DNA of 64,000 nt. Origin: Pecten maximus. Taxonomy: Eukaryota. Position numbers and translations under genes: made by a program. The stretch lies in NCBI RefSeq assembly GCF_902652985.1, contig NW_022979575.1:1-64000 (forward strand), in the 5' to 3' direction. This document shows, piece after piece, positions 49,568 to 63,900 of the stretch; within the stretch, counting starts at the first letter, position 1, and each line of letters begins with the position of its first letter. Below the pieces are notes generated by a model. That model ran no database searches. It worked only from the letters and a program-made list of their open reading frames with translations, and was not told the DNA's origin.

Positions 49568-52528
49568 AATAAAAGGCAACAAAAATATTAATCCTTGTCC
49601 ACTTGTTGTACAGAGTAAGGGTACGTGATTTCATACAGGACGTGATTTCGTACAATAAATTGTTTTTTCCAATGTTTCAATCGATCGCCTGCGATGAAGG
49701 CTTAAAATCATTTCGATGGCAAACAACCGCCATAGTCTCTCTTCGGTGAAGCTAAATATAGAATTTCAGAATAACCTCATTTTCAAAACGAAACTAGAAT
49801 TTGCATTTTGTCGTCTGCAGAATCGGACCAGGGTAGCTTAAAAACATAATTTGAAATATAATCTAGCCAGCTGACCTATGATAATTTTGAGATAATTGAA
49901 ATAAGATCATACTTTACCATTTTCATCAAAATTGTTTTAATATGAAGCTCAAATAATTTGATAACACCGTATATTGATGTAACAAGCCCAATCATCGACA
50001 GGGCAGATATCGTAGGGAGCCTTCATTATTCCGAAAATGGTTGACATGATTGATTGTTTTTTGGTCTTAAAAACTGTATGGAGCTTTAAAATTGTTTATT
50101 ACAATTCTAGCCAGATAATCCTTATAAACAAAAATATATATAGTAAGTGCTATATTCCCACAGAATGGGTCGATGGCATGCTAAAAGTGACACGTTTTTT
50201 TTCAAAAGTTCATATTTCTTTCAAAAAACATTTCTGTCGTTTGAAAATCGGCAGACCTGATTAAAATATGCTGAATTAAATCTGCATATACTTATATTTG
50301 CCATATTTACTAAGAATCACACATTTGAAGGCTGTACGAAATGACGTTCCCAACTGCCGCTAAACACAGAAGTAAAGAATGGTAAAGGAAAGATCCCCTG
50401 CGCAGTGCATTTCTGCGCATATGACGTCACATTACCAAAAATATCGCAGATTGTGTACATCTTTTAGGTCGATGTAGATAAAAACGTCTTCTAGCTGCAT
50501 TTAAGAAAAAAAATGCAAATATATGTGAAAAGTGTACGAAATCAGGTACCCTCACTCTATTATATGTTATAGATCTTTGTAACAACTATTGTGACCTTCC
50601 ATATCAATAGCAAAATTAAGGTATTGAAAATTGTGAGAAGTAAAAGTTATATATTTTGAAGATAAAGGTCACTACACTGTCTAAGATACGAGTGAAAAAA
50701 ACCCACCATTTTCCTAAGGTATGGATAAAAACCACACCTGTTCAAAAGTTATCTGGAGCACTGCAGATTAGCAGCAGGTCACATATATGATAGTACTTTT
50801 TTGTGACCAACTGGGATGGGGAACCAGTCTGTCTCTGAGGACAAGGTTATATCTCTTATCAAATCAATTGATAACAGCTTGGTATTCCATTAATTTGCAT
50901 CAGGAATGTTTGCAGAGTTTAAGTAAGATATTCATTGTACCCGCACATACAATATTGTCTAATAATTGGCCTACTGTAATCACAATGTATGTAGCTATTC
51001 CTCAACCGAATTACATCAAATGATTTATATTAGAATTTGTATTTTAAAATGCTACAACTTTTAAGTGATTACATTGTTGTACTAGGTTATTATCTTATTA
51101 TTGGTTAGAATCGCGTCACTTGATAAATATACTGTTTGATTAAAATGAATAAACTTGTACATTATAAATAAAATTAGCTCATTATTGTTAGTTAGAATCA
51201 GGTCACTTGATAAATATACTGTTTGATTAAAATGAATAAACTTGTACATTATAAATAGAATTAGCTCATTATTGTTAGACAAATAAAGTTACTACCTGGT
51301 TTATATGTGTTTTTTAAGTAGGCAATATTTAGTCCAAATCTCTAAAGTATCATGCAAACTATGACTAGGCCTATGTAATATAAATTATAATGTGTTCCCT
51401 CCATCCCCCTCTCCAAAATGTCAGCGGTCCATTACCTGATCCAAGACTCAGCTGGTGGTGATCACAACGATTCCGTTAATAAAAAAAGGTGGGGGTTGAG
51501 GAAAAACCTTCCAAAGATTTTAATTTTTAAATCTCTAATTTAGGGGGTTTATGATGAACTATAATGAATCACAGAGCTTTAGTGTAGTCTATATATTACA
51601 TTTTTTTCGGAGGAGAACCCCCGAACCCCCTCACCCGGATAAGTAGAGCCGCAAAAACCCAACCCCTTCTCAAAATCCTGTATCCGCCTCATTATAACAC
51701 ACTAAACATCGGGTATCTAGGTAAATAATCTGTTTACCTCCAGCAAACGGCGTTGTTCCATGTCCAGCAAAGCCAGGTGCCGATGTTGTTGAGTGTCCAG
51801 GGCAGTCTGAGTCTCCGACGAATGTTGGAGCAGACGTTAACAAATATGCCTAAGCTTAGTGCCTAGATCTACTCCAAATCCAAACTGTGCCCCTAGTTAA
51901 GTTAGACAAGATATATGATATACTTCTCTGGTTAGTACTAATGACATGATGAATACATCGTCGGATGTTACTGTGTTTGGGGTTTCCCTCGACTGGTAAC
52001 ACAGAGTACGCAAAACCCATGTTGATGTTGATGTTGCTCCACACAGCCTGCCAGGGACACTCAACAGACAAAACGTTTCTGATTGGCTGACGAATCAGTG
52101 TACATAACCAATAGACGTTTTGCATACTTCCCCTCCGCGCTCTTTGATCCAGGTCATTTGCCGCAGGTCCAAAGGTCAAACGGTTAAACTTTTCCCAGCA
52201 ACAACACTGGAACACTACGGAGTTTAGCTGCGATAACGTAGCTCTGGACGACGGACGGACAATTTCTGAAAGATGGTCGTCGTCAGAGCTACGATTCCCT
52301 CCCATTGCTCGTAATGTAGCAAAACGGTTAAACCTCGAAAATGCTACAAATAGCGGATATTGTTTAATTTTGGAGTAATAGTAATAAGTAGAAAATCTAG
52401 TAATAGTAAATAAGGGATTTCCGCCGTGACGTCACGAAAAGTCACGTGACACGACTGGTTGGCAAAAGTGGTTGTTTACAAAATGGCTTCCCATTGATTG
52501 AAAAGAACGGCGTTTCATCCGAATTAAG

Positions 52529-55500
52529 ATGGTTGTCTCGTGTTGTGTGATTAACTGTGCAAACAGATTTGACAAAGCAGACCCTAAGAGTTTTTATAGA
52601 ATACCTAAGAAGCCTGATCAGCGCAGGGAACTGTGGATTAAAGCAATCAAGCGAGTGACCAACGACGGTCAACCCTGGATCCCCTCTGACCATGATCGAG
52701 TTTGCTATCTGCATTTCATTCAGGGTATGTAGTTAACCATTAATAATCCAAGTCAATTTTCAGTGAAATATAATATACATGCCACTTAAGTAAATTTGAA
52801 ACCGAAAAGGCAGTATGTTGTTGCTGTTAGTCCACAGACTACAGGCTGAGTGTGCGCTGGGCTGTAATCACTGGTTGACATCGAAATGTGTCGCGTTATG
52901 ACTTCTAGCTACCCTTATAAGTAATAACAGGCCTGTATGTTATAGGCCTAATGTTAGCTTTATAGGCTAAGATCTGACGGGGTTCCAGAGTGGGTAAACA
53001 TTTAACGTATATTACAAACAACGATTTGTAGATTATGTATATATCTATCAGTGTACAGTACTGATTTCATCCACAATCGTGTATCATGTGTATATGATTG
53101 TTCATTTCATTTGTGTTTACCATAATTACTGACATGATTTAGAAAAAAAAAATTATATATGCACAGGATATCAATGTAAATTTAAGGGGTGGGTGGTGGT
53201 ATGTGTACATGGGTCATTTCTCAGTTTTGGAGATAATTAAAACACTAGAACAATTTTGATTGTGAACACTCTGACTCTGCAAATGTACAGGGAAAGTGTT
53301 GCATAAATTTGGGCAGAGAGAAATAATTCTTCTTATTCATGAAGTAGCAGTAATTATTATCAATTGGAAATCAAAATTTATTAATTGAATTTACTTTTTT
53401 AATAGGTGAGAAGAGCAGTGACAAACACAGTCCTGATTATGTCCCTTCTGTGAACATGGGTTATAAAGTTTCTCAAGTGAGAGGAGATCTCCGCTTTGCC
53501 AGACACAAAAGGGTTGATAATAGGACAGCTGAGAAGGAGAAGCGAGATGTAGCTGCTGCTCTGTTAGATTTGTCAAACAAAGAAAATGCACCTGAACCTG
53601 AAGGTATTGATATTTTTTCAAATAATGTTAAGTACATAGTTGAAATATCACTGACATGATTTAGAACAGGTAAAATAATGACTTGGTTGATTTGTTATTT
53701 TAACAAAGTCCACAGACAATTTGTCTACAGAAAATTGAAATCCCATAGCCCAAATCATTTTTCTATAGACCCATTTTGTAAACATAATGTTGAAAGTAGC
53801 ATAACTGTCACGCAAACACTTGCATCATCCAGTTCATACTCACTTAATTTTTTTTCAGATTTTCTATAGTCTCTGACTATTGGACCACCTTTACTTTCAA
53901 ACACAAATTTCATTAATTATATGAACTTACTTATAAAGTAATGACTAAAATAAAACCTTTGAAATGACAAATGAATTTGATTTTACATGATGCACACACA
54001 TATACCAGGGTGGATGAATTATGTACTCACTGTTTTTAATAAATTCAATTTCAGAACCTCAGCCATATGTTGACTGCCATGAGACATGTATAAAGAAAAT
54101 AGCAGATCTTCGCATCGAAAATCAGCAACTTCATGGTGAACTTGCTAGGCTTCAAGCTGAAAATGAAGAGCTGCTAAAGAGAACTTCCACTATGGATTTT
54201 GCAGACCAAGTGCTAATGACAGACCGGAAAACTTCATTTTACACTGGGACATCTTCAGCTGTGTTTATGTGGTTACTCTCATTCTGTTCTTGTATTCTGC
54301 CCACATGTAAAGTTTTGACTCCAAAGAGCATACAGTCAAATCTGTCTATAGCGACCGCCCAAGGGGAGGCAGAAAAACGGTCACTATAGACAGGTTGCCT
54401 TTATAGACAGGTCAAAATTATTGCACCAACCAATTTACTTAAACCTGCCATAAATAAATTGTCATTGAACAGGGCATTCAGAAGACCAGTCAGAAGTTAA
54501 ATAAATGCATAAACTTTATAAATCTGAAGGGTTTGATATTTAATGATTTGTGGACCCAAACACAAAATATAACTCAAAATGGTCTTATGGATAATTTTTT
54601 TTTAAATATTTTGTTCTGAAATAATGCTATATGTATCTATCAAATTATCTCCCTTTCTTTCATAAATAAAGAAAAAGAATACACAATAATTAATAAATTA
54701 ATTATATTTGTGTTACTACTAATTATTTTGTGTTATAGTCTTACCTCTTAAAACCAAAATATTTTTTTTTCTGACCCAAATTGAAATCCGGATATTTGTG
54801 TCAGTTTACGACTTTTTATTAGTATTGACTAATTAAAGATGGCGGCAGTACAAACGCTAGTACCGACAGCTACGATTAAGAAAGGCATTATTGGCTTTCA
54901 TGTGAGTAAATCTTGTTGACAGATATGACCAGTGTTTGTTATTGAAGTGATGTATCCTAGTTGTAATCACAAAATTAACTGACCGTGTCAAATGAAGCCA
55001 CCTGTGCACAGTTGCAATGTAATACCGACACGCATGGTGACCCGACTCCCCTCTTACCGAGCCCCAGGCCAGGGCAGCTACAGTAATTATAGGCTAACAG
55101 GTGGTAGGGGTCTTTTGTTTGTATACTCAGGCCAGGGTTGTGGTGGTCCTTTGTTTGTATAATCAAGCCAGAGTCGATGTGTCTGAATTTTCCGGGGATT
55201 TTATGAGGGATGACTGCCGAGAGCAGAAGATGGCTGACAGAAATCGGTCGCTATAGAAAACAAATTAGCGACCGCCGTTCCGAAATCACCGGTCGTTAGC
55301 CACATTAGACAGGTAGTCGCTATACAGAGGGTCGTTATATAGTAAAATCTCACGGGGAATCTTAAAACCGGTCGTTATAGACAGGCAGTCGTTATATACA
55401 GGGGGTCGTTAGAGCAGGTTTGACTGTACTTTTGTGTTTACTAATGAAGTTGAGACTTAATCTTCAGCACCAAGATTTGGCCTACCGCTTTAATGTGTCC

Positions 55501-56150
55501 GTCACCACAATATCGGAAGTAATGAACCAAGGCCTGCCAAAACTTGCAGAAAAACTTGCTTTCCTAATTCAATGGCCAGACAAAGAGAGTTTGGTAAGGA
55601 GCATGCCAAGTGTATTTAAGAAAATCTATCCGAAATGTGTCAGTATCATTGATTGCTTTGAAGTGTTCATCCAGAGGCCTGGACAGTTAACAGCTCGATG
55701 CCAAACATGGTCAAACTATAAACATAATAACACCGTGAAATTTCTAGTCTCAATAGCGCCTACTGGTGCTATCACATATGTGTCTAAAGCCTATGGTGGA
55801 AGGACATCTGACAAAGTTATCACCCAGAGAAGTGGATATTTAGACAAACTTGTGCATGGGGATCAAGTATTGACAGACAGAGGATTTTTAATCTCGGAAG
55901 ATGTAACAAGTCGCAATGCCTCACTGGTTATTCCTGCTTTCACCAAAGGGAAATCACAGTTAAGTGCTAAGGAGGTTGAACAAACACGCAAAATTGCTCA
56001 TGTGCGCATTCATGTTGAACGGGCAATAGGGAGACTAAAAAATACAATATTCTGAGCAGTTCATTGAGTATGCACATGGTTCCTCACATTGACAGCATTG
56101 TAACTATATGTTCATCTCTTTGTAATTTGCAACCAAAGCTAGTTACATAG
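52529..56150 (+). pseudogene. THAP-DDE transposase copy 2, disrupted
   Basis: Exons 52529-52724, 53406-53603 and 54055-56150. Exon 3 is split by the MITE at 54333-55426 and has a 1-bp deletion near 56043. Confidence 0.9.
54333..55426. mobile_element. pogo/Tigger-like MITE (1094 bp) in transposase exon 3
   Basis: TA|CAGTCAAATCTG ... CAGGTTTGACTG|TA. Copy 1 has the empty site agcatacttttg at ~27690. Confidence 0.92.
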
Positions 56151-56979
56151 TGTATATATGTGCATGTGGCCTTTTACCTTTGATGAATGTTATTGTATAG
56201 AGGCATGTACATAGCCTTCAATTTGGACTGAATTATTCCAGATAGATACATGTAAAATGCAACAGAACATTGACCAATATATATGTTTGCTCTCATGTAA
56301 AAGATTTTTTGTGCATGTGATGTGAATTAAATTTGATTAATTTAAAATTCTTGTTGTTGTTTTCTTTCTAAGGTATGTATATCTACAATACATGTTATAC
56401 TGTTAAATATATGATTCTTAAGAGTATACATACATAAAACATTAAAAAAAAATGCCTTTGTCTGCTAACCTGATCAACCCCTATTTTTGAGCAAACAATT
56501 TTAATATTCCACGAATGATCTGAAGTCAAAATTTAATGTATATAATATATTCAGTATATATTTGAATTGAATATTAACGTAGAAATATATGGGGAAGGCT
56601 AGCGGAAAACCATGCATTTTTTTTTAACAATTATCAATGTATGAAAAATATAACAGAAACCACAGTATGCTGCTCCAATATATTTTAATTTGTATTTTCC
56701 CTAATAATTATATGAACATGGTCATATGTGTATCCAAACATTACTGTATTTCTAATTCACAAATCATTATAATTATGATCCGACTCATGATACAGTATTA
56801 TCAAAATGAACATTATGAATCAAGAATTGATGACAGACTTGTATTCACTACAAGGTAAACTATTTTGCAGCATAATATATTTCAATTTCACACTTTCAAT
56901 TTAATAACTTGTTACTAAGAGTTCAATATTCAGTTCACATTCAAGCCTATGATTTAAAGCTCCACACAGTTCTGAAACT

Positions 56980-59859
56980 TTAACTGTCACATGATGTACA
57001 GAACCATTTCCCTCTTGGCTTTCTACGAATATTTACACATTTGTAGTGGAACCACTGGTAGGGACAGTCATTACTGTCACACTTGATCATCCTCCCGTAT
57101 TCTGGTTCAGAACATAAACACCAGGTGTCTTCGTTGTTGAGAGGAGTATCAGCTGTAGCACGTGAAATCACGCTTTCCAGTTGGCGGGTTATCAGTTCCT
57201 GTTGAACATGCTTTTTCATGAACAGTTCACATTTTCCCACAACATTCTTACAAAAGTTAATGTCAATCGGAACACGCACAATAACCATGCTTGGCGCAGG
57301 TTTACACTTTGTGTACACCACAAAATCACAATATGTGTAACCACAAATAGCCATTTGAAATTGGACTTGTGTATAATACCTGTGTGTTGTTTTCAGGTGC
57401 AGGCTGGAATCCAGGCAAAAGTCTTTGTCAGTTGCAGCAGCAGTCTGCACAGTAGAGTTCCTGTGTTTGAATGGGCACTTGATTTCCAGTGTTCCCTTTC
57501 CACAACACTGACAGTTAATAATTCCATCAGGACTGGCTCCGAGAAATGGGTGTTTAGGATTGATGTTAAATCCCGACTCCTCACAGTGGAATTCAATGTG
57601 TTGATGAGCAGAGTGTTTGGTGTACAAAAGTCTGCACTCGTCTTCATTTTCTATACCCCATCTCACAGAGTCTTTTTTGGAAAGATCATACGTTGAGTAT
57701 CCCATGATTCTCTTAACCAGGTTGTCTGGGGATGTGGTGTCCTTTCTTACTAGAACATCATGTGCCTTGGATGCAGTTATCCTGCCCATCCTATGTTGGT
57801 ACCACAAAGGGCTAACTGCCTGGTTCCTGGTGGCCTTCTCTAGGTTATGACATTGAGCCTCTGTCACCACATATTCAAACAATGTCTTTTTGCTCTCCTC
57901 ACTAGTTGAGTCACTGATTGTTGTCAATAGCACCGGGTATTTTTCCTTTGTCGTGACGTTCTGTTCAATCTGATGCATGTCGGAATCATTGTCATTAACA
58001 TCAGCAATAGTGACACATGTGAAAAAAGCAGCATTAGGAACTATGGAATACAAGTCCTGTAGGTCATGTTTTGGTGGCAGTGGGGCTGATCCATTTGCCT
58101 GAACAGACTGTATTTCCCTGGTTCGCTTACCCTTGATGTCATCAAATATTTCGGTTATCGTGGCGGGTTTAATCTAAAAAAACAATACAAATGTGTAAGA
58201 TTCCTGGTTTTGATATAGCTGACAAGAAAGATTATACCACAAGCCATATATATGGATATTTAATGAGCAGTGATCATGACTTAATCAAAATCGTCACTGA
58301 CATAACATATATCATGTTTTCAGGCTGTTATAAATGCATAAAGAGTTCATTATTGAACTTGGATAAAGGCTCTATATTACAATGATATTAGCACATTTAT
58401 AGACTGCATTTTTATGGAAAGATGTGTTCTTATAATACTTACTTCCTTTCGAAAAGAGGTGTTCCACTGACAAGCCTTGCTGGTCGAGCTTGTCTGAGTG
58501 ACACCAATCTTGACACCAATTTCAATCTTAAATAGAAGTGCTCCAACATGACTGCACACTTCACCCAACCTGAAAAATGAAGAAATAAAATAAAATAAAT
58601 ATGTGAAATGCAATGTTTTATAATCAATAATTCAAAATCCCTGATTATGTTCAATATTTTTTCTAGTTCCGTCAGAGAGATCACCTAGTTTGCATGCTCC
58701 ATACATGTTTTGATGGAGTTTAGTTTACTTCATTTCATTAAATTTATATGTTTTCCTCGTTGTAATGGAAGCTGTATGTAATTGATAAAGCATTTGCATT
58801 AGAGCTCAAATTATACAGATACAGAATCTTTATTTAAAAGTCGAGCATGTTTGACATGTTACACAAGCTCATAAGTTTTGAAGAGCTTGTATTCGACATG
58901 CAAATTTGAAATATGGAGTAACATAATGTATTAAATGAAAACATACCCTGCCATACATGTGCAATGAGCACAGTAAACTGTACCACTGGATTTCTGCAAG
59001 TAAACCCATGGTTCATGAGGCTTGTCTCTTGCACGTTGTGAAGGAGTCACCTTGGCCTTTAATGCAACAAAAGGACAGTCATCAGCAATTGGATTTGAAA
59101 TGACTACTTGCACGTGACCACTAACCACATACCTGAAAGAAAATAAAAACAAAAATCAGTTTATGAAAACAAGGTGTACACTAATCACAGGGGCATGTCT
59201 TGTTTTATATTACAAAAAATATTCAGAAATACCTATATATATTGACAATATATATAGGTATTTCTGACTATTTTTTGTTATATAAAACTAGACATGCCCC
59301 TGTGCACTAATTAAGGTCTAAACAATAATATACATGTTTCTGGTAACATGACATGAAAATATATTGGGTAGGTAGAACCAAGATCTTATAGGTAGGTGAT
59401 TTATATATATATTTTTTTTTTTACTGAAATCATATAGACAAGCAAGCAATCTTGACAATGATAGACAATGAGAGGGGGTGGGTAGGGTTCACGGAAACAC
59501 CTGTAATTTTTAGGCCTTAGCTAATCAGAATCAAAACGTCACATGTACAGTACAGCTATTTACTTCGCCCCGTTACATTTTTTCGCTGACATTTTGAATT
59601 TATCACGTGACTCCATTGTATAAACACACCTGCAATGACATGCTACCTAGCCTAGACCTTGTTAGGTTGGAACAATATTATACTTCTTCCTGTAGATCTT
59701 ATATAGAATTTATTATTTTTTATTCACTGAAAAACACTTTCACAGCATATTATGAAACTTACTTGTATGAATCAAGCGATTTGTATGCCTTCATCGACTC
59801 CTTCGTGTAAATCGACGGGGTGTCAATCAAATAAAGGTAGATGTCGCCAAAGGTAAGAT
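56980..59859 (-). pseudogene. SWIM-YqaJ-PHD gene copy 2; exon 1 interrupted by a P-like element
   Basis: Exons 59859-59763 (partial), 59132-58947, 58569-58443 and 58173-56980. The last three are open. Confidence 0.88.
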
Positions 59860-60987
59860 CAGAGACATATATACAGAGAGATTAGTAACATCGCTATTTC
59901 CCCGTACAGATAGTGGCTCCCTTTATTCGTGACCACTCAAGCATATCCCTTATCGAGAGCGTCCTGTCTCCTATCAAACACACGCGAGCGCAGGTAAATC
60001 GGGCTATGCGCATGTGTGTATCGTAGTATTGGAACTTATTCGACATGTTCTGGTTAATCCGCCATTACGTCAGACCAAAACATCGTCATTTTAAATACAC
60101 ACAGAAAGCACATCGTTTTATTTTGGCCACTACAAAAGTTACCACATTAACCAAAAACTATCAAACTTATGGGATATAGTCTTATTGATCATGCATATTG
60201 TTGTCATTTATCCGTATTTTCGAAAATCCATTGGGTCCTATTCGACATGCCCAAGTTTGTAATTAAGCCGCCATTACGTCAGACCAAAACATCGTCAATT
60301 TTAAACGCACACAAAAAGCACATCGTTTTATTTAGGCCACCACAAAAGTTACCACATTAACCAAAAACTATCATACTTATGGGATATAGTCTTATTGATC
60401 GTGCACATTGTTGCCATTTATCCGTATTTTCCAAAATCCATTGGGTCCTATTCGACATGTCCAAGTTTTGTAATTAAGCAGCCATTACGTCCGACCAAAA
60501 CATCGTCAATTTTAAACGCACACAAAAAGCACATTGTTTTATCTAAGCCACTACAAAAGTTACCACATTAAGCAAAAACTATCATACTTATGGAATGTGG
60601 TCTTGATTATCATGCACATTGTTGTCATTTATCCGTATTCTCGAAAACCCCATAGGGACTTTTCGAAAATTGGAGATTCCCGCCGATCTTTCCTGCGTTG
60701 TGCTTGACTTTCATACTCAAAATACAAACACTTGGACAGCAAATTGTGATATATTTCATATTGATGACACTTCTGCACTTTGATATTAATAAAATTAAAG
60801 CACATAATTGGATCTTGGTGATGATTTCAAATAGAAATTATCGATAATTATGTGTCTGGTTTTCAAGTTTTCTCCAATATGGCGTCTAGTTAAGACTGAA
60901 CCGAGTGACCGCAAAGGATTGTGGGAAGGTCAGGGGCCACTATGTAAACACAAGGGCAAATAGAGAGCTGCCAATCTCTCTGTATAT
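59860..60987. mobile_element. P-like non-autonomous element with ~205-bp internal repeats; right TIR interrupted by Gypsy
   Basis: Starts CAGAGACATATATACAGAGAGATT. Its partial inverse AATCTCTCTGTATAT ends at 60987. Repeats begin at 60038, 60240 and 60450. Confidence 0.8.
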
Positions 60988-63900
60988 TGTAGAGTTATGC
61001 ATAGATTTATGAAACAGACTATAGGTTCAGTGTAAGCGTTATGCGATACAGACTATAACAGCCTCGTTCTGGAGTCCTGTACAAATGGCCGGCATGTAAA
61101 CATACAGTGTTTTATCAATACAGCTTATGAATGTTTCCTATGTCTCTTGTCGACTGTCATCCCATTCAACATGGTGTCAGAAGTCGGTCAACATCTTCTT
61201 AAGCGGTAAGAGTAAACCATCGCAGTGAAGTCATGTTGAATAGACAGATTTTATGAGATTTACACACGATAAGGCAGCAGTGTTCTCGCGCACGTGGTTG
61301 ACTCAAATTCTCAGAACAGTCGGAGATGACGACTATGATAGATTCCATCATTTATTTGAACTTTCATATATTATGATCGAACACTGAGATACCTGGCGTT
61401 ATCATATCATCAAGTATTGTTAAGAATTTCGTCGTCATGGCAACATATCAGGTGCAACCCCCAGAAAATTTTACGTTCAATAAACCAGAGGAATGGCCGA
61501 AATGGTTAATGAGGTTCGAACGGTTTCGAGTAGCGGCGGGATTAGGAGCCAAGGAGGGCCCAATCCAGGTTAATACTTTTATCTACTCTATGGGAGGTCA
61601 GGCAGAAGATATTATCAAGTCATTTGGATTGTCAGATGAGGATGCCAAAAAGTATGAGAAAGTTGTTGAGAAATTTGACAATTACTTTATTACCAGACGA
61701 AATACGATATTTGAAAGAGCTAGGTTCAATCACCGAAAGCAGAATGAGGGAGAAACTGCAGAAAGTTTTATCATGGCCTTATATTCACTAGTTGAGCACT
61801 GTGAGTATGGAGATTTGAAGTCTGAGATGATAAGGGACCGTATTGTCGTGGGTATTCGCGATAGTAGATTATCGGAGAAACTCCAGCTTGACGCAACACT
61901 TACTCTAGAGAAGGCTGTAAACCAGGTTCGCCAATCTGAGGCAGTCAAGCAACAACAGTCAATTGTTAGGGACAGAGATCCTATTGCGAGTAGTAGTCAG
62001 GCAGATAGTAATGTGGATGCAGTATTCCAGAAAGGTCCAAAACATAAGTTCTCAGGAAACCGGAAGTCGTCTGAAAACCGGAAGTCATCTGAAAACCGGA
62101 AGGCATCCGAAAACCGGAAGTCATTTAATAATCAGACGAATCCAGAGTGTCACAGGTGTGGATTTAGACACAGGAAAGGAAGCTGTCCTGCAAAAGATGC
62201 CGAGTGTCGGAAATGTCGCAAAAAGGGTCACTATGCCAAGAAATGCCGATCAACAGTTGGCGAGGTACAAAGCTTTTTAGGAGCGGTAGAAAGCAAAGGA
62301 TCCCTACCATGGAACATAGATCTGGTTATTCAGACAGGTCAAACACACACACCGGTAAATTTTAAGATAGATACAGGGGCAGATGTTACAGCTATACCTG
62401 AGAGTGTCTTTCAACGAATCGGTCAGAAGTTAGAATCCTCGACAAGAGTTCTACAAGGTCCAGGTCAGAACCGTCTCAAAGTGTTGGGAAAATTTTCAAG
62501 TAAATTATGTACAGAGAAGGGAACTCGGGCTGAGACAGATATTTATGTCATCAAGACATTGAGTAAGCCATTGTTAGGTCGTCCAGCTATTGAAAAACTC
62601 AACCTTGTGAAAACTGTGGCTTCAGTACAGTCAGCCGGTAGTATCCAGGAAAGGTATCCAAAACTGTTTAGTGGACTAGGTAAAATTGAAGGCGACTACA
62701 CCATTAAACTTCGCGACAACGCCACACCGTTTGCTCTCACTTCGCCAAGGCGCGTGGCGCTACCACTATTGGACAAGGTAAAGGATGAACTTGCCAGGAT
62801 GGAGAGCTTGGGGGTTATCTCCCCTGTTGAGGAACCGACAGATTGGTGCTCTGGTCTTGTCGTGGTACCTAAAAAGGATGGAACTGTACGTATATGCGTT
62901 GATCTTACACAGTTGAACAAATCGGTTCGCAGGGAACACCTACAGTTACCTAGTGTAGAACAGACTTTACACCGATTGACAGGAGCAAAGGTATTCTCTA
63001 AAATTGACGCAAACTCAGGATTCTGGCAGATCCCGCTAGAACAATCTTCGAGATTGTTGACAACTTTTATTACTCCATGTGGGCGTTATTGTTTCAACCG
63101 TCTACCCTTCGGTATTTCATCGGCGCCAGAACATTTCCAGCGAAGGATGTGCAACCTGCTAGACAATGTACCAGGAGTAGTGTGTCAGATGGACGACATG
63201 TTGATATTTGGAACCTCACAGGAGGAACATGATAAGCGTCTGAATACTGTGTTACAGAAGGTTGAGAAAGCCGGGATTACCTTAAACAGTGATAAGTGCG
63301 AGTTCTCAAAGAAAAGTGTCACATTCGTCGGTCACGTCATAGATGAGACAGGAATACGTCCAGACCCTGCTAAGGTGAAAGCTATCGTGAACTTTGAAGC
63401 TCCTACTAATGTCAGTGAGGTCAGGAGATTCATGGGAATGGTTAATCAACTTGGGAGATTCTCCCCGAACATAGCAGAACATTCCAAGCCAATTCGTGAT
63501 TTACTACAGAAGGATAGTGCATGGACGTGGGACATACCTCAAGAGCACGCATTTGAGCTGATCAAGCAAGAACTCAGCTCTACACCGGTACTGTCATTAT
63601 ACGATCCTAGGGCAACCACCAAAATCTCTGCTGACGCATCATCTTATGGTATTGGAGGCGTCATACTTCAACGTCCTAAGGACAGTAGTGAGGACGATTG
63701 GAGGCCAGTCGGATACGCGTCACGATCTATGAGCGCTACAGAACAGCGATACGCGCAGCTGGAAAAGGAAGCACTCGCTGTAACGTGGATGTGCGAGAAG
63801 TCGTCAGACTTGCTCACAGGAATACACTTCCAAATTGAGACGGATCACAAGCCGTTAGTTCCGTTACTAGGTTCCAAGGCGATATCTGAGTTACCCCCGA

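Larger units (their letters stand above)
46826..59859. repeat. Copy 2 of segment 18533-32139 (alternative haplotype or tandem duplication)
   Basis: Begins exactly at the gap. Includes the same 3.5 kb of flank left of the ISL2EU element. Confidence 0.95.
52413..59859 (+). mobile_element. ISL2EU-type transposon, copy 2 (right end lies beyond the window)
   Basis: Same left TIR and flank as 22016, and the same two genes. Confidence 0.88.

Noticed and set aside
52413-59859. Second ISL2EU as an independent transposition event
   Set aside because: It shares 3.5 kb of left flank and the intronic MITE with copy 1, so it is the same insertion duplicated or allelic.
63186-63197. QMDD instead of YxDD as an inactivating or novel RT
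   Set aside because: Both aspartates are retained, and non-Tyr first residues occur in Mag-like Gypsy RTs.
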